The notes beneath the pieces were generated by a model, which ran no database searches, had not been told where the DNA came from, and worked only from the letters and a program-made list of their open reading frames with translations. The translations under genes and the position numbers were made by a program. A stretch of DNA of 64,000 nt, from assembly GCA_963708295.1 (NCBI GenBank), contig CAVPSJ010000004.1:384001-448000 (forward strand), written 5' to 3'. Below are positions 8,555 through 18,116 of the stretch, in pieces; the first letter of the stretch is position 1, and each line of letters opens with the position of its first letter. This stretch comes from an uncultured delta proteobacterium (GTDB taxonomy: Bacteria; Desulfobacterota; BSN033; UBA1163).

Positions 8555-9019
8555 CTAAATATAATACATAAACCTCTTATCAAAATCCTTCTTAATTCCC
8601 ATTTCTTTAGCCAGGTTGCAAAGGTCCCTAACCGTTACAGAATCAAAATATTCTCTTAATCTTTTTCCTGCTTCATTCCAAACAATTTGAGTCACGCATT
8701 CACCTGATCTTTCACATGGTTGGGATGAGCCCCCTTCGTCAACGCAACGAACCGGGTTTATACTACCCTCTGTGATTTGGACGATTTCGCGAATGGTAAT
8801 ATCTTCGGGTTTTTTCCCCAAAAAATAGCCACCCGAAGGGCCCCTTTTGCTCCGAACTACTCCCGCTCTTTTTAGTTTCTGGAAGATCTGTTCCAAATAG
8901 CGCTGAGATATTCCCTGTCTTCGAGAGATGTCCTTGACCTGCGTTTCTAATCCTTCGGAATGATAGGCAATATCGAAAATAGCTCTTACCCCATATCGGC
9001 TTTGCGTGGATAGTCTCAT
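8555..9019 (-). CDS. Rrf2-family transcriptional regulator (IscR/CymR-like, three Cys)
   Basis: MRLSTQSRYGVRA, YLEQIF, SKRGPSGGY, C-x9-C-x5-C. Confidence 0.92.
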   Translation of the reverse strand: MRLSTQSRYGVRAIFDIAYHSEGLETQVKDISRRQGISQRYLEQIFQKLKRAGVVRSKRGPSGGYFLGKKPEDITIREIVQITEGSINPVRCVDEGGSSQPCERSGECVTQIVWNEAGKRLREYFDSVTVRDLCNLAKEMGIKKDFDKRFMYYI

Positions 9020-9044
9020 TCTACGTAAAACCTTTCAGATTTCC

Positions 9045-9075
9045 TTATAATATTCCTGATGAAAATTGTCAAGAA
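9045..9075 (-). promoter_or_regulatory. Sigma-70 promoter of rrf2 with overlapping imperfect palindrome
   Basis: TTGACA-N17-TATAAG; dyad TTCTTGAC-N7-ATCAGGAA resembles an IscR type-1-like motif. Confidence 0.6.
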
Positions 9076-9162
9076 AAATCTTTTCTGGGAAAGGTGAGCA
9101 CATTTTTCAAAAGGGAGTAAAAAAGGGTTGTTTACAGGGCCATCCTTTTTTATAATGATTGT

Positions 9163-9366
9163 ATGCGGAAACCTGATTTCGAACAGTTCGAAGCAACCTC
9201 TCTTTACTGTCCTCGGTGCAAAGCAGCGGTCCCCGTGAGGAAGAGGTTGCTTCTGGTCTTACCCGAAGGGGACGAATACGAGTATCTGTGTGCCTATTGC
9301 TCCTCGTCGGTAGGGACCAAAACTGACAAGAATGCCCCCCAGATCGATATGATTATAAAACCCTGA
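9163..9366 (+). CDS. Small zinc-ribbon-like protein
   Basis: CPRC...CAYC pairs, 67 aa. Confidence 0.65.
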   Translation: MRKPDFEQFEATSLYCPRCKAAVPVRKRLLLVLPEGDEYEYLCAYCSSSVGTKTDKNAPQIDMIIKP

Positions 9367-9572
9367 CCTTTTGAATAACGTTCTTACGAGAATCAATTCA
9401 CCGGTGACCCATCTCTCCCGGGACAGGATTCGCATGGAGCGGTTAATCAAACCACCCTCCGCCGTGCACGGAGTGGGGTCGCGAGTTAAGGGCAGAGTGA
9501 GAAAAGGGCCGGTGAGCCGCCGTACAAAGCCTCGGAGAGTAATGGGAAGGGTCGTCCTTCGTCCGACCCTCT

Positions 9573-10709
9573 TTATTCCATCAACGCAGAGAGGGAAACG
9601 ACTTCAATTCCCTTCTCCTTCAGCTCAGGAATCATTTCTTTTATTGCCTTGAGCGTGGAGGGGTGCGGGTGGCCAATCCCGATCGCCTTCCCTTTGGAGA
9701 GGGAGATCTGAATCAGCTGCTCCAGCTGCCGCTTGATGTCTTCTTCAGTCGATGAATTGTCGATAAACACGCTCCTCTCCATAGCTTTCAAACCGACAGA
9801 CTGAGCAACTTGAAGACCGACGGTTTGGGGAGTGGTCCGGCTGTCTAAAAAGAAAAGCCCTCTTCTTTTCAATTCCGAAAAGATGACCTTTATCTTTTGC
9901 GGCTCTTCCATCAATCGAGACCCCATATGATTGCTTACCCCCGTGATGTAAGGAACCCCTTCAATATCTCTCGCGAGCTGGCGAAGTAATTTTGTCTCAT
10001 TCATCTCTTCGAGAAGAACCCCTTCCCCCGGCCGGATCTGAGGATAGCCCCGAGGCTCCATCGGAAGATGAAGAATGATCTCTTTTCCAAGTCGGTGGGC
10101 CTCTTCGGCAAGGGTCTTCGCGAAGGGAGTGAAGGGAAGAATGGCAAAAGTGACGGGGAGATCCCACCGAAGAAGTTCTTGAGAGATTTTGTCTTTGCTC
10201 CCAAGGTCATCAATCACAATAGCAATCCTGGGGTGGAAAACGGTTTTCGGAGTCGAGGGGGTAGAGAAGACAAAGGTGAGTTGATGGGTTACTCGATTCA
10301 GAACCCTGATTTCCAGTTGCAAGGAATCCTTGGATTTGGAGGACTGAATCGAAACGGTTTTCCCTAGGGGTGCGAGACTCCGTCTAAAATCTCTTTCGAT
10401 CGAAGAGAAAGTACGGGGTGAGAAAACCCGGACCTTCAGGGAGGATTTTTCCCAGGTCAGACCTCCGGCTTTTCTGGATGAGGACTGCTGAAGCAGGATA
10501 TTTTTCTTCTGGATCCCCATCTCATAAAGTTGGCCTTGGATGATTTGATCGGTCAGGGAAACTTTTTTGGAAAAATCCTCTTGGGAGGGAGGTTTTTCTC
10601 GCGTCAGATAGACATATCCGCCAAATATCAGAAGGACAGCGAGAAGGAAAAGGAAAAAATAACGCATCCATTTTCTTGACCTTCCTCGCCTCTTTGGCTG
10701 TTTGGCCAT
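9573..10709 (-). CDS. Divergent polysaccharide deacetylase (YibQ-like)
   Basis: IAIVIDDLG, LHLPMEP, NHMGS, FLDSRT, IGIGHP; follows ctpA. Confidence 0.9.
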   Translation of the reverse strand: MAKQPKRRGRSRKWMRYFFLFLLAVLLIFGGYVYLTREKPPSQEDFSKKVSLTDQIIQGQLYEMGIQKKNILLQQSSSRKAGGLTWEKSSLKVRVFSPRTFSSIERDFRRSLAPLGKTVSIQSSKSKDSLQLEIRVLNRVTHQLTFVFSTPSTPKTVFHPRIAIVIDDLGSKDKISQELLRWDLPVTFAILPFTPFAKTLAEEAHRLGKEIILHLPMEPRGYPQIRPGEGVLLEEMNETKLLRQLARDIEGVPYITGVSNHMGSRLMEEPQKIKVIFSELKRRGLFFLDSRTTPQTVGLQVAQSVGLKAMERSVFIDNSSTEEDIKRQLEQLIQISLSKGKAIGIGHPHPSTLKAIKEMIPELKEKGIEVVSLSALME

Positions 10710-10799
10710 TCAACCCCGTAAAACCCATGCTTGATGTCTTCTAGGGAACGGTTTCAAGCCCTGCCTACCGCGGACAGGCAGGCGTTCCGTTCTGACTGA

Positions 10800-12134
10800 C
10801 TATTTGTTCTCTCCGCTGATGCTTTTGAAAATGTCCCAACTCTTGAGGAGCTCAAGCGCTCGTTCCAGTTGATTATCCACTGGCTTTTTCTCTTTGACCT
10901 CTTCTTTCTTGGGCTTCTCTTTCTCTTTGGTTCCCCCCTTTTCTACGTCCATCAGATGTCTCTCCAGATCCTTTTCCGCGGGGAGCTTGGGGGGAATGAT
11001 TTCCTTCTCCTCCTCGGGTTTTGAAAGTTTAACGATGATATCAGGGACAATCCCTTTGGCTTGGATGGAGCGGCCGCTGGGAGTATAGTATCTTGCGGTC
11101 GTCAGCCTCAACCCTGATCCGTCCTTCAATGGGATGATGGTTTGGACCGACCCCTTTCCAAAGGTCTGAGTTCCGACGAGGATGCCACGGCCATGGTCTT
11201 GAAGGGCTCCTGCCACGATCTCCGCACCACTCGCGCTTCCGCCGTTGATCAAGACGACCAGAGGATAGTGAGAAACGTTCCCATCCGCGCGGGCATTGAA
11301 TTTCATTTTCTGATCCTCTTTTCTGCCCTCCACTGAAACAATCAGTCCAGATTCGATGAACCGATCTGATATTTTGACGGCCTGGTCCAAGAGGCCTCCA
11401 GGGTTATTTCGAAGATCGAGAATCAGACCCTTCAGGGCTCCCTTGCCCTCTTCCTCCAAGCCCTTCATCGCCTTCTCGAATTCAGCGTCTGTTTTCTCCT
11501 GAAACTGTGAGAGGCGAATATAGCCATATTTTTTTTCTAGTAATTCATAGCGGACACTTCGGACGGGGATGACATCCCGGACTAACGTGAAGTCTTTAGG
11601 TTTCGCCAGGCCCTCACGCATGATGGTGATCGTGACTTTGGTTCCTCTCGGGCCTCGCAATCGTTTTACACTATCCATGAGGGTGAAATTTTTTGTCATC
11701 TCTCCATCGATCTTAATAATTTGATCCCCCGCCAGGACCCCGGCCCGATACGCCGGAGTACCTTCAATGGGAGAGACCACGGTGAGAACGCCTTCCTTTG
11801 CGGTGATCTCGATTCCCAATCCTTCAAACCGGCCTCTCGTTTCCTCCTGCATTTCTTTATACGTATTAGGCGGCATGAAACCGGAATGAGGGTCTAAGGT
11901 TTCCAGCATCCCTTTGATCGCTCCGTAAACCAGGTCCTTTGATTTCGTCTCTTCGACATAATCCTTCTGGATGAGACCGATGACATCCGTAAAAACTTTC
12001 AGGTCTTCATACATATCGTTAGAAAGGGCTGAAACCTTTTGAGATTGACCCGATCCGATGAGGACCCCGATGAGGAAGACCGCAAAGACTACCGAAACGA
12101 TTTTTAAATTTCCCACTCTTTTCCACTGAGACAT
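10800..12134 (-). CDS. ctpA: S41 carboxyl-terminal processing protease
   Basis: LDPHS, PDZ GLGIEI, LDLRNNPGG, TFGKGSVQ; start moved to ATG 12134 (GGAGG upstream). Confidence 0.92.
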   Translation of the reverse strand: MSQWKRVGNLKIVSVVFAVFLIGVLIGSGQSQKVSALSNDMYEDLKVFTDVIGLIQKDYVEETKSKDLVYGAIKGMLETLDPHSGFMPPNTYKEMQEETRGRFEGLGIEITAKEGVLTVVSPIEGTPAYRAGVLAGDQIIKIDGEMTKNFTLMDSVKRLRGPRGTKVTITIMREGLAKPKDFTLVRDVIPVRSVRYELLEKKYGYIRLSQFQEKTDAEFEKAMKGLEEEGKGALKGLILDLRNNPGGLLDQAVKISDRFIESGLIVSVEGRKEDQKMKFNARADGNVSHYPLVVLINGGSASGAEIVAGALQDHGRGILVGTQTFGKGSVQTIIPLKDGSGLRLTTARYYTPSGRSIQAKGIVPDIIVKLSKPEEEKEIIPPKLPAEKDLERHLMDVEKGGTKEKEKPKKEEVKEKKPVDNQLERALELLKSWDIFKSISGENK

Positions 12135-12145
12135 ATAACCCTCCT

Positions 12146-13354
12146 TTAGTGTCCTTTCTTCCCCTCCTCTGGGAGGGAAACGACTCGATCGGACTGACCG
12201 AGCCATTCCATCGGATCTTGAGGTTTCCCGTGACGCCGAATCTCGAAGTAGAGACACGGACCTTTCAACGATCCCGAGCTTCCGACTAACGCGATCGTTT
12301 CCCCCTGGGAGACAGCGTCCCCCGACTTCTTCAAGAGTTCGGAACAGTAACCCGAGACGGTGAAGGTGTGATCCCCATGGTCGATGATCACAATGTTTCC
12401 AAACCCCTTGAACCAGTCCGCATAGAGAACTTTTCCGGAGAGGACCGCCCGAATCTTGGCTCCTATCGCAGCCTTGATTTCAACTCCATTCTGCCCTTTC
12501 TCCTTGAACGAACTGATCACTTTTCCCTGGACGGGCGGCGTCAATTTTCCCCTGAGGATCTCGTGTTTTTGCTTCCCGTAAGCCAGGAGGCTTTTCTCCT
12601 GTTCGAGTTTATCGACAAAAGTTTGAAGCTCTTTCGCTCTCTCCTCTAATTCCAATATCACCTTCTGGTAAACCACCTTCTGGTTCTGAATAGACTTAAG
12701 CAATACCCTTTTCTCCCCGCTGACCTCGGTCATCTCCTTCTTCTTTTTCTCTATTTCAGAAATACTGCGTTGCCATTGCAACTGATCCTGAATCAACTCC
12801 TCCTGATATCGTTCTTTCAAAACCACTTGATAACGATAGGTCTCCACCAGGCGGGCGTCGTAATCAATAATCACCCTTAAATATTTATCAAGCCTCAATA
12901 GATCGGGGTAAGACTGTGAAGTGAGAAGGAGTCCCTCTTTCCGAACCCTTCCCATCTTATAAAGCGCAATCAGCCTCGAAAAAAGTTCCTCTTTGGTTCG
13001 TTCCATTCCCGCGCCAAGGAGGACGATCTGGCGTTTTGTCTGATGAAGTCTCTCACGGGTTCGGGACAAAGGCGTCTCCATCTGTTTTAATTCCTTTTCC
13101 TTCTGGTAGAGCTCTGCTTCCAGGAGATGGAGATTCTCAAGGATGGAGGATTCTTTTCCCCGAACCTCTTTTTCCTTCTTCTTGGTCAAGGTGATTTCTT
13201 TCTTAATGTCCTTAAGGTCCTTCTTCTTTTGAGTGATGTCCTTTTCCATCTGATCAGCCTGGACGGCCCAGGCGTCAGGCGTCCCGAAGAAAAGCATCCC
13301 TCCGATCAGGAAGCATCCAATCGCCATCCATCTCCAACTCAACCACTCTTTCAT
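12146..13354 (-). CDS. envC: EnvC-like murein hydrolase activator (coiled coil + M23 domain)
   Basis: Long coiled coil, GFGNIVIIDHG, LYFEIR; ATG overlaps ftsX stop. Confidence 0.85.
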   Translation of the reverse strand: MKEWLSWRWMAIGCFLIGGMLFFGTPDAWAVQADQMEKDITQKKKDLKDIKKEITLTKKKEKEVRGKESSILENLHLLEAELYQKEKELKQMETPLSRTRERLHQTKRQIVLLGAGMERTKEELFSRLIALYKMGRVRKEGLLLTSQSYPDLLRLDKYLRVIIDYDARLVETYRYQVVLKERYQEELIQDQLQWQRSISEIEKKKKEMTEVSGEKRVLLKSIQNQKVVYQKVILELEERAKELQTFVDKLEQEKSLLAYGKQKHEILRGKLTPPVQGKVISSFKEKGQNGVEIKAAIGAKIRAVLSGKVLYADWFKGFGNIVIIDHGDHTFTVSGYCSELLKKSGDAVSQGETIALVGSSGSLKGPCLYFEIRRHGKPQDPMEWLGQSDRVVSLPEEGKKGH

Positions 13355-14250
13355 TTGTATCTCAGAACCCTCATCGAAGCGACGAAACTGCCGAAAAAAC
13401 CGAGGACCATTCCCCCCGATAATATCCAGGCAATCGTCTCCGGTGGTAGAAAAAGGACCGGGATCTTTTCCAACCACGCTTGCATCGACGGAGGGATGTA
13501 AAGGAAAAGCCCTCGATGTAATAAAAAGAGAAAAAGAATCGCGAATCCTCCTCCGAGGAGGCCTTGAAGAAGTCCTTCCACGTAAAAAGGGACCCGGATA
13601 AATCCGGAACTCGCTCCCACCCAGTGCATGACTTCGATCTCTTCCCGACGGGAGGAGATGGATAATTGCAGCGCGTTGGAAATGATGAATACAATCCCGA
13701 TGAGGAGAAGCCCTCCGAGTATCCATTGGGTGAGACGAAGGATGTGGACGAGCACGGAAAATGTCTCTACCCACTCTTGGCCGTACTGAATCTCCTCGAA
13801 CTGGGGAATTTTTTCTAAATCCCTGACCACCTCTTTGATCTTTGTAGAATTCCGATAATCCTTCTTCAACTGAATTTCGAAAGAAGGGGGAAGGACCGTG
13901 GGTTGAATCCCCTGGAGCAGGCTCTTTTGTCTGCCCAATTTCGTTCCCATAAAATCCATCGCATCATAGGGGGAGACATATCTTACGACCTCTATCCCTT
14001 CAAGAAGACGAGTTTTATTTAGCAGAGGTTCCACCTCGCGTGAGGACGTCCCTTGCTTCAGGTAGGCAAGGATCTCGATCTTGTCTTCCCAGATTTTGAG
14101 GACGTTGGTCAGATTGAAGGCGATCAACGTAAATGCCGAGAAGATGAGCATGGAGACGACGATGATGCTGATGGTGATGAAATTTGGGAATAAGTTCTCC
14201 CTCATGTTTTGAAAAGTCCGTCTGATCGCATACAGGAAAGAAAACCTCAT
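13351..14250 (-). CDS. ftsX: Cell division permease FtsX
   Basis: 4-TM topology, RREEIEVM, FIRVPFYVEG. Confidence 0.9.
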   Translation of the reverse strand: MRFSFLYAIRRTFQNMRENLFPNFITISIIVVSMLIFSAFTLIAFNLTNVLKIWEDKIEILAYLKQGTSSREVEPLLNKTRLLEGIEVVRYVSPYDAMDFMGTKLGRQKSLLQGIQPTVLPPSFEIQLKKDYRNSTKIKEVVRDLEKIPQFEEIQYGQEWVETFSVLVHILRLTQWILGGLLLIGIVFIISNALQLSISSRREEIEVMHWVGASSGFIRVPFYVEGLLQGLLGGGFAILFLFLLHRGLFLYIPPSMQAWLEKIPVLFLPPETIAWILSGGMVLGFFGSFVASMRVLRYK

Positions 14251-14960
14251 TCCCCTGGTTTCACCTCTGCAGTTGGAGTGATCTCCACCTTTCTCCCGTT
14301 CAGGATTTGCCCGTTGACAATTCGAATGATACGATAAGTATAACGTTTCACCAGCCCTGTAAATTGAGTTGCAAACACGATCGTGGTTCCCTTTTGTTGC
14401 AGACCGGTGAAGATCTCCATCATGTCAAGGGTCATCTTGGCGTCTAAATTCCCGGTGGGCTCATCGGCGAGAATGAGGGGCGGGGAATTGACCAGTGCCC
14501 TTGCGATCGCCACTCGCTGCTGCTCACCGGCGGAGAGCGCGAGAATCGGGGCCTCCTCCCTCTCTCCCAGCCCGACTCGGCTCAACATTTCCGAGGCTCG
14601 AAGTTTCGATTCCTTCCGGGTATGACCCGTAACTTCGAGAGCGAAGGCGACATTTTCATTTACGGTCCGGTCCCTGAGCAGTTTGAAATCTTGGGAAATG
14701 ATTCCCATCGTCCTCCTCAATTGATAGATTTTCTTGAAATTGGGCCCGGTAAGATGCATTCCACAAACGATTACCTCGCCACTCGTCGGCTTTTCCGCGT
14801 AGGAGAGGAGTCGAAGAAGCGTACTTTTCCCGGAACCGCTGGGACCGGCAATGAACGTGAATTCTCCTGGTGGGATTTCCAGGGTAATCTCCGAAAGCGC
14901 ACAGATCTGGCTTGGATAGATCTTAGAAACATGATCCATCACAATGATCGCTTCACTCAT
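14247..14960 (-). CDS. ftsE: Cell division ATP-binding protein FtsE
   Basis: GPSGSGKST, LSAGEQQRVAIARA, ADEPTGNLD; upstream of ftsX. Confidence 0.9.
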   Translation of the reverse strand: MSEAIIVMDHVSKIYPSQICALSEITLEIPPGEFTFIAGPSGSGKSTLLRLLSYAEKPTSGEVIVCGMHLTGPNFKKIYQLRRTMGIISQDFKLLRDRTVNENVAFALEVTGHTRKESKLRASEMLSRVGLGEREEAPILALSAGEQQRVAIARALVNSPPLILADEPTGNLDAKMTLDMMEIFTGLQQKGTTIVFATQFTGLVKRYTYRIIRIVNGQILNGRKVEITPTAEVKPGE

Positions 14961-15112
14961 GATTTAAACAAAACTAACACGACTCCTCATTTTTTTCAAG
15001 AAAATTAGGGGGTTAATAATTTAGAGTTGAAGTTTCTTAACAAGTTCATGGCCTTGACAAGAAAGGTTTTCACGATTAATTATATAAGTAGAGATACCGA
15101 ATTGGATTTGCA

Positions 15113-15181
15113 GGCAACCCTTTGCGGGGAAGCTGAGTGAAAGAGAGAGCGCTTTGGGTTGCCGGGGCGCTTTTCGTTTTT
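15113..15181 (+). promoter_or_regulatory. Putative attenuator (terminator/antiterminator pair) in 5' leader
   Basis: Hairpin 15145-15175 plus T-run; upstream GGCAACCC (15113-15120) is complementary to GGGTTGCC (15156-15163) inside it. Confidence 0.45.
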
Positions 15182-15197
15182 GAGGAGGTGAATTCAT

Positions 15198-15431
15198 ATG
15201 AAAAGCCTATTCTACTCATGGATGGTTTTTCAATTGCTCATAGGCATCTGGTTATTCATTTCGCCCTTTGTTTTTGGTTTCGGAGACACTGATTTTGCGA
15301 CGAGTAATATGATCTTCGGGGCGATTGTAGTCATCCTTGGAGTCGGAACTTTCTTTTATGAGCTGTACCACAAGGAGAGGTTTGAGAGGGAAACAGTGGC
15401 CGGGATGGAACATGCCAAGGAGAAGGCTTGA
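15198..15431 (+). CDS. SPW-repeat-like small membrane protein
   Basis: LLIGIWLFISPFVFGF...SNMIFGAIV; strong RBS GAGGAGGT. Confidence 0.7.
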   Translation: MKSLFYSWMVFQLLIGIWLFISPFVFGFGDTDFATSNMIFGAIVVILGVGTFFYELYHKERFERETVAGMEHAKEKA

Positions 15432-15473
15432 CCCTCGGATAAAGAGGGGATGCTCCCCCGAAACCCAAGATTA

Positions 15474-15503
15474 AAACCTTCGAGCTAAAGCTCGAAGGTT
15501 TTT
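15474..15503. terminator. Inverted repeat between convergent genes
   Basis: AAAACCTTCGAGCT-AA-AGCTCGAAGGTTTT. Confidence 0.6.
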
Positions 15504-15577
15504 TATTCCAATGTCCTAAAACCATCAGGCGGCCAAATATTTCACTTCGCAATGGCCTGAAAACCATCCTGTCTTCT

Positions 15578-16270
15578 CTATTTCTTATTTTCCTGTTTAT
15601 TCTCTTGCTTATTCTCCTGGACAGAGATCAGCTCGATTTCAAAAATCAGGGTAGCATTGGGTCCGATGAGGCCGCCCGCTCCGCGCTCGCCATACGCAAG
15701 ATTCGGTGGGATGAACAGCTCCCATTTCGCGCCCTCGGCCATAAGTTGCATCGCTTCCGTCCAGCCGGGAATCACTCCCGAAACAGGAAAGTTCGCGGGT
15801 TGCCCGCGGCGGAAAGAGCTATCAAATTCGGTGCCATCAATCAGAGTTCCTCGATAATTCACCGTTACAGCATCGTTCAACTTGGGCTTCTTGCCGGTTC
15901 CTGCTTTGATGACCTTATACTGCAGGCCGCTTGGCAGGGTTTTGACGCCTTCCTTCTTTTTGTTTTCAGAAAGGAAAGTTTCTCCCCGTTGCTTCTGCTT
16001 TTCCGCTATTTCTTTCTGAAAGGCAGCCATGGTTCCCTGAATTTCCTCTTTGCTCAATAGGGGTTTCTCCCCGGAAAGGGCATCCTGAATCCCCCTTGCA
16101 AGACTATTCGGATCGACATCGACCGATTGTCTCTTGAGATTACTCCCGATGTCCATGCCGATGATGTAGCTCACTTTTTCCTTCTGGTTCTTCAACGCCG
16201 GCTTCTCCTGTGCATTCACCTGGGTTGCCAAAAACAGAATCCCTAGGATCACGACCATTCTTAATTTCAT
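15578..16270 (-). CDS. FKBP-type peptidyl-prolyl isomerase (Mip/FklB-like)
   Basis: Signal peptide, SYIIGMDIG, SGLQYKVI, YRGTLIDGTEFDSS, VIPGWTEA. Confidence 0.92.
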   Translation of the reverse strand: MKLRMVVILGILFLATQVNAQEKPALKNQKEKVSYIIGMDIGSNLKRQSVDVDPNSLARGIQDALSGEKPLLSKEEIQGTMAAFQKEIAEKQKQRGETFLSENKKKEGVKTLPSGLQYKVIKAGTGKKPKLNDAVTVNYRGTLIDGTEFDSSFRRGQPANFPVSGVIPGWTEAMQLMAEGAKWELFIPPNLAYGERGAGGLIGPNATLIFEIELISVQENKQENKQENKK

Positions 16271-16417
16271 TCAAATTCCTTCCCTTTCATTTATTTCTTC
16301 TTTAGAAAACCAATCCACTTCATCATAACCCACCCCATCCCCTTCGTGTCAAACTGATACGGACGCAACTAAATCCTTCATATTTGCGCCCCCCACTCTT
16401 CCCTTCCTCCCCACCTA

Positions 16418-16652
16418 GATTGTGTCATGATGGGGAGAAGAGGCGGAAATTCTAAGAAACGGTACAAACAGGCGGGTGAAAAAGCTTTAGAGCGCAACCT
16501 TTGAAGCATGAGACTCAGGTCTTCAAGTCCATGAAAAGAGTGACTTTCTTGTGGCAACGATAATGTCCTCTGACCTTAAACGTGGGCATTCTAAAGCTTT
16601 GGAATCCGGTTGTTTGTACCGTTTCTCCCTTCCGCCGATGACAACACAGTCT
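16418..16652. repeat. Nested long inverted repeat (MITE/REP-like nest)
   Basis: Perfect 16-bp arms 16455-16470/16611-16626, 11-bp arms 16481-16491/16590-16600, outer GGCGGAA/TTCCGCC and AGATTGTGT/ACACAGTCT. Confidence 0.65.
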
Positions 16653-16710
16653 CCTAGGGAGAGGGCGGGGTAAGCCAAATGTCAAGGTTGTTTCTACGCT
16701 TGTATTAAGT

Positions 16711-17187
16711 TTATCTCGATTTGGTGATCGTGCAGACCGTCATATCGAGGGCTTTAATCAAATTCCCCGGGGAGATAAAAATTTGGGAGCCCCGAACCCC
16801 GGCACTGATCGAAACAAAGGGAAACCTCATCGCACTCTCATCCAAGAAAATGGGATAGCGTTTCTTGGCCCCAATCGGCGAGACACCTCCCCGGATATAG
16901 CCTGTTAATGGCTGGATCTCTCCGAGATGAACCATTTCTACGTTTTTATTACCGCTCACCGTCGCCATCGCTTTCAAATCGAGCTCTGCATTCCCCGGAA
17001 TGCAGGCCATGAACACTCCTGTCCTGTCTCCGCGGGCGACCAAAGTTTTAAATACTTGCTCTAAAGGGAGATTCACCTTTCTCGCAACGCTTTCAGCGCT
17101 GAGATCAGACTCATCGACGTCATATTCCATAAGCTTGTAATCGATCCTAAGACTATCCAGATATCTTGCTGCATTCGTTTTTTTCAT
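16711..17187 (-). CDS. ybaK: Cys-tRNA(Pro) deacylase
   Basis: KTNAARYL, VFKTLV, TGYIRGGVSPIG, SAGVRG. Confidence 0.92.
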   Translation of the reverse strand: MKKTNAARYLDSLRIDYKLMEYDVDESDLSAESVARKVNLPLEQVFKTLVARGDRTGVFMACIPGNAELDLKAMATVSGNKNVEMVHLGEIQPLTGYIRGGVSPIGAKKRYPIFLDESAMRFPFVSISAGVRGSQIFISPGNLIKALDMTVCTITKSR

Positions 17188-17294
17188 GGTCTGAAACCGT
17201 GGTATTCTGAATCAGAAATACCCTCGCCTAAAACCTTTCCTATTCCTATGATATCCATCGTTGGAGTTTTTAACATCATTTCTGAGATCAGCTA

Positions 17295-18110
17295 CTAGCG
17301 AAAGAGTTGTCTGATCTCCTCAACATATTCGGGGAAGGGAGCAGGGGTGAAGGAAAGAAAAAATGCCAGGAACGCGACACCCCCCATTATTTTTCTTTTC
17401 CAATCCAGAGGCGTAATGTCATCGATTGGGGGTGGATGCCGAAAGCCGAACAGGATAATCAGAATGAGGAGGAGGAACCAGCCCGGATTGTAAAATACGG
17501 TGATAAAGGCCATCACAACAATTGCGATCAGGAAGATGACCCGGCTCTTTCTTCCAAAGAGACCATAAGCGATGTGGCCTCCGTCTAACTGTCCGATTGG
17601 AAGGAGGTTCAGTGAAGTGACAAAGAGGCCAACCCACCCGGCAAAACCAATTGGGTGAAGAAAAATCTCATAATTCTCTGAGACCTCTCCTAAGACGAAA
17701 CGCTGGATGAAGGAGAAGAGGAGAGGATCTGCCAGGCGGAGCGCTCCTTCCTTTATGTGAGAGACAGGAACCGCGTTGGAAAGCTTCAATCCGACTATAA
17801 TTGCAGGGATGCTGAGGATAAAACTGGCGAGAGGTCCTGCGACACCGGTGTCGAAAAGGGCCTTTCGAGAAGACACCGTGCTTTCCATGCGAATGACTGC
17901 ACCCAGTGTCCCGAAAGGGGGAAGGGGAAAAGGCAAAAAAAAGGGTAAGGTGGCCCTTACCCCATACCTTCGCGAGATCAAATAATGGCCCATTTCGTGT
18001 CCAAGGAGGATGAGAATAATGGTCAAAGAATAGGCAGGGCCTCCAACGATCCACGTGGAGGCCACTGTCAGGATGAAAAGTATGATGTGGATGGTATATC
18101 TTCGCATCAA
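17295..18110 (-). CDS. Site-2 protease (M50) family protein
   Basis: HEMGH and NLLPIGQLDGGH. Confidence 0.9.
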   Translation of the reverse strand: MMRRYTIHIILFILTVASTWIVGGPAYSLTIILILLGHEMGHYLISRRYGVRATLPFFLPFPLPPFGTLGAVIRMESTVSSRKALFDTGVAGPLASFILSIPAIIVGLKLSNAVPVSHIKEGALRLADPLLFSFIQRFVLGEVSENYEIFLHPIGFAGWVGLFVTSLNLLPIGQLDGGHIAYGLFGRKSRVIFLIAIVVMAFITVFYNPGWFLLLILIILFGFRHPPPIDDITPLDWKRKIMGGVAFLAFFLSFTPAPFPEYVEEIRQLFR

Positions 18111-18116
18111 AAACGA

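Noticed and set aside
13355-13774. 140-aa N-terminal extension of EnvC in the ORF track
   Set aside because: Overlaps ftsX in another frame; the ATG at 13354 gives a normal signal sequence
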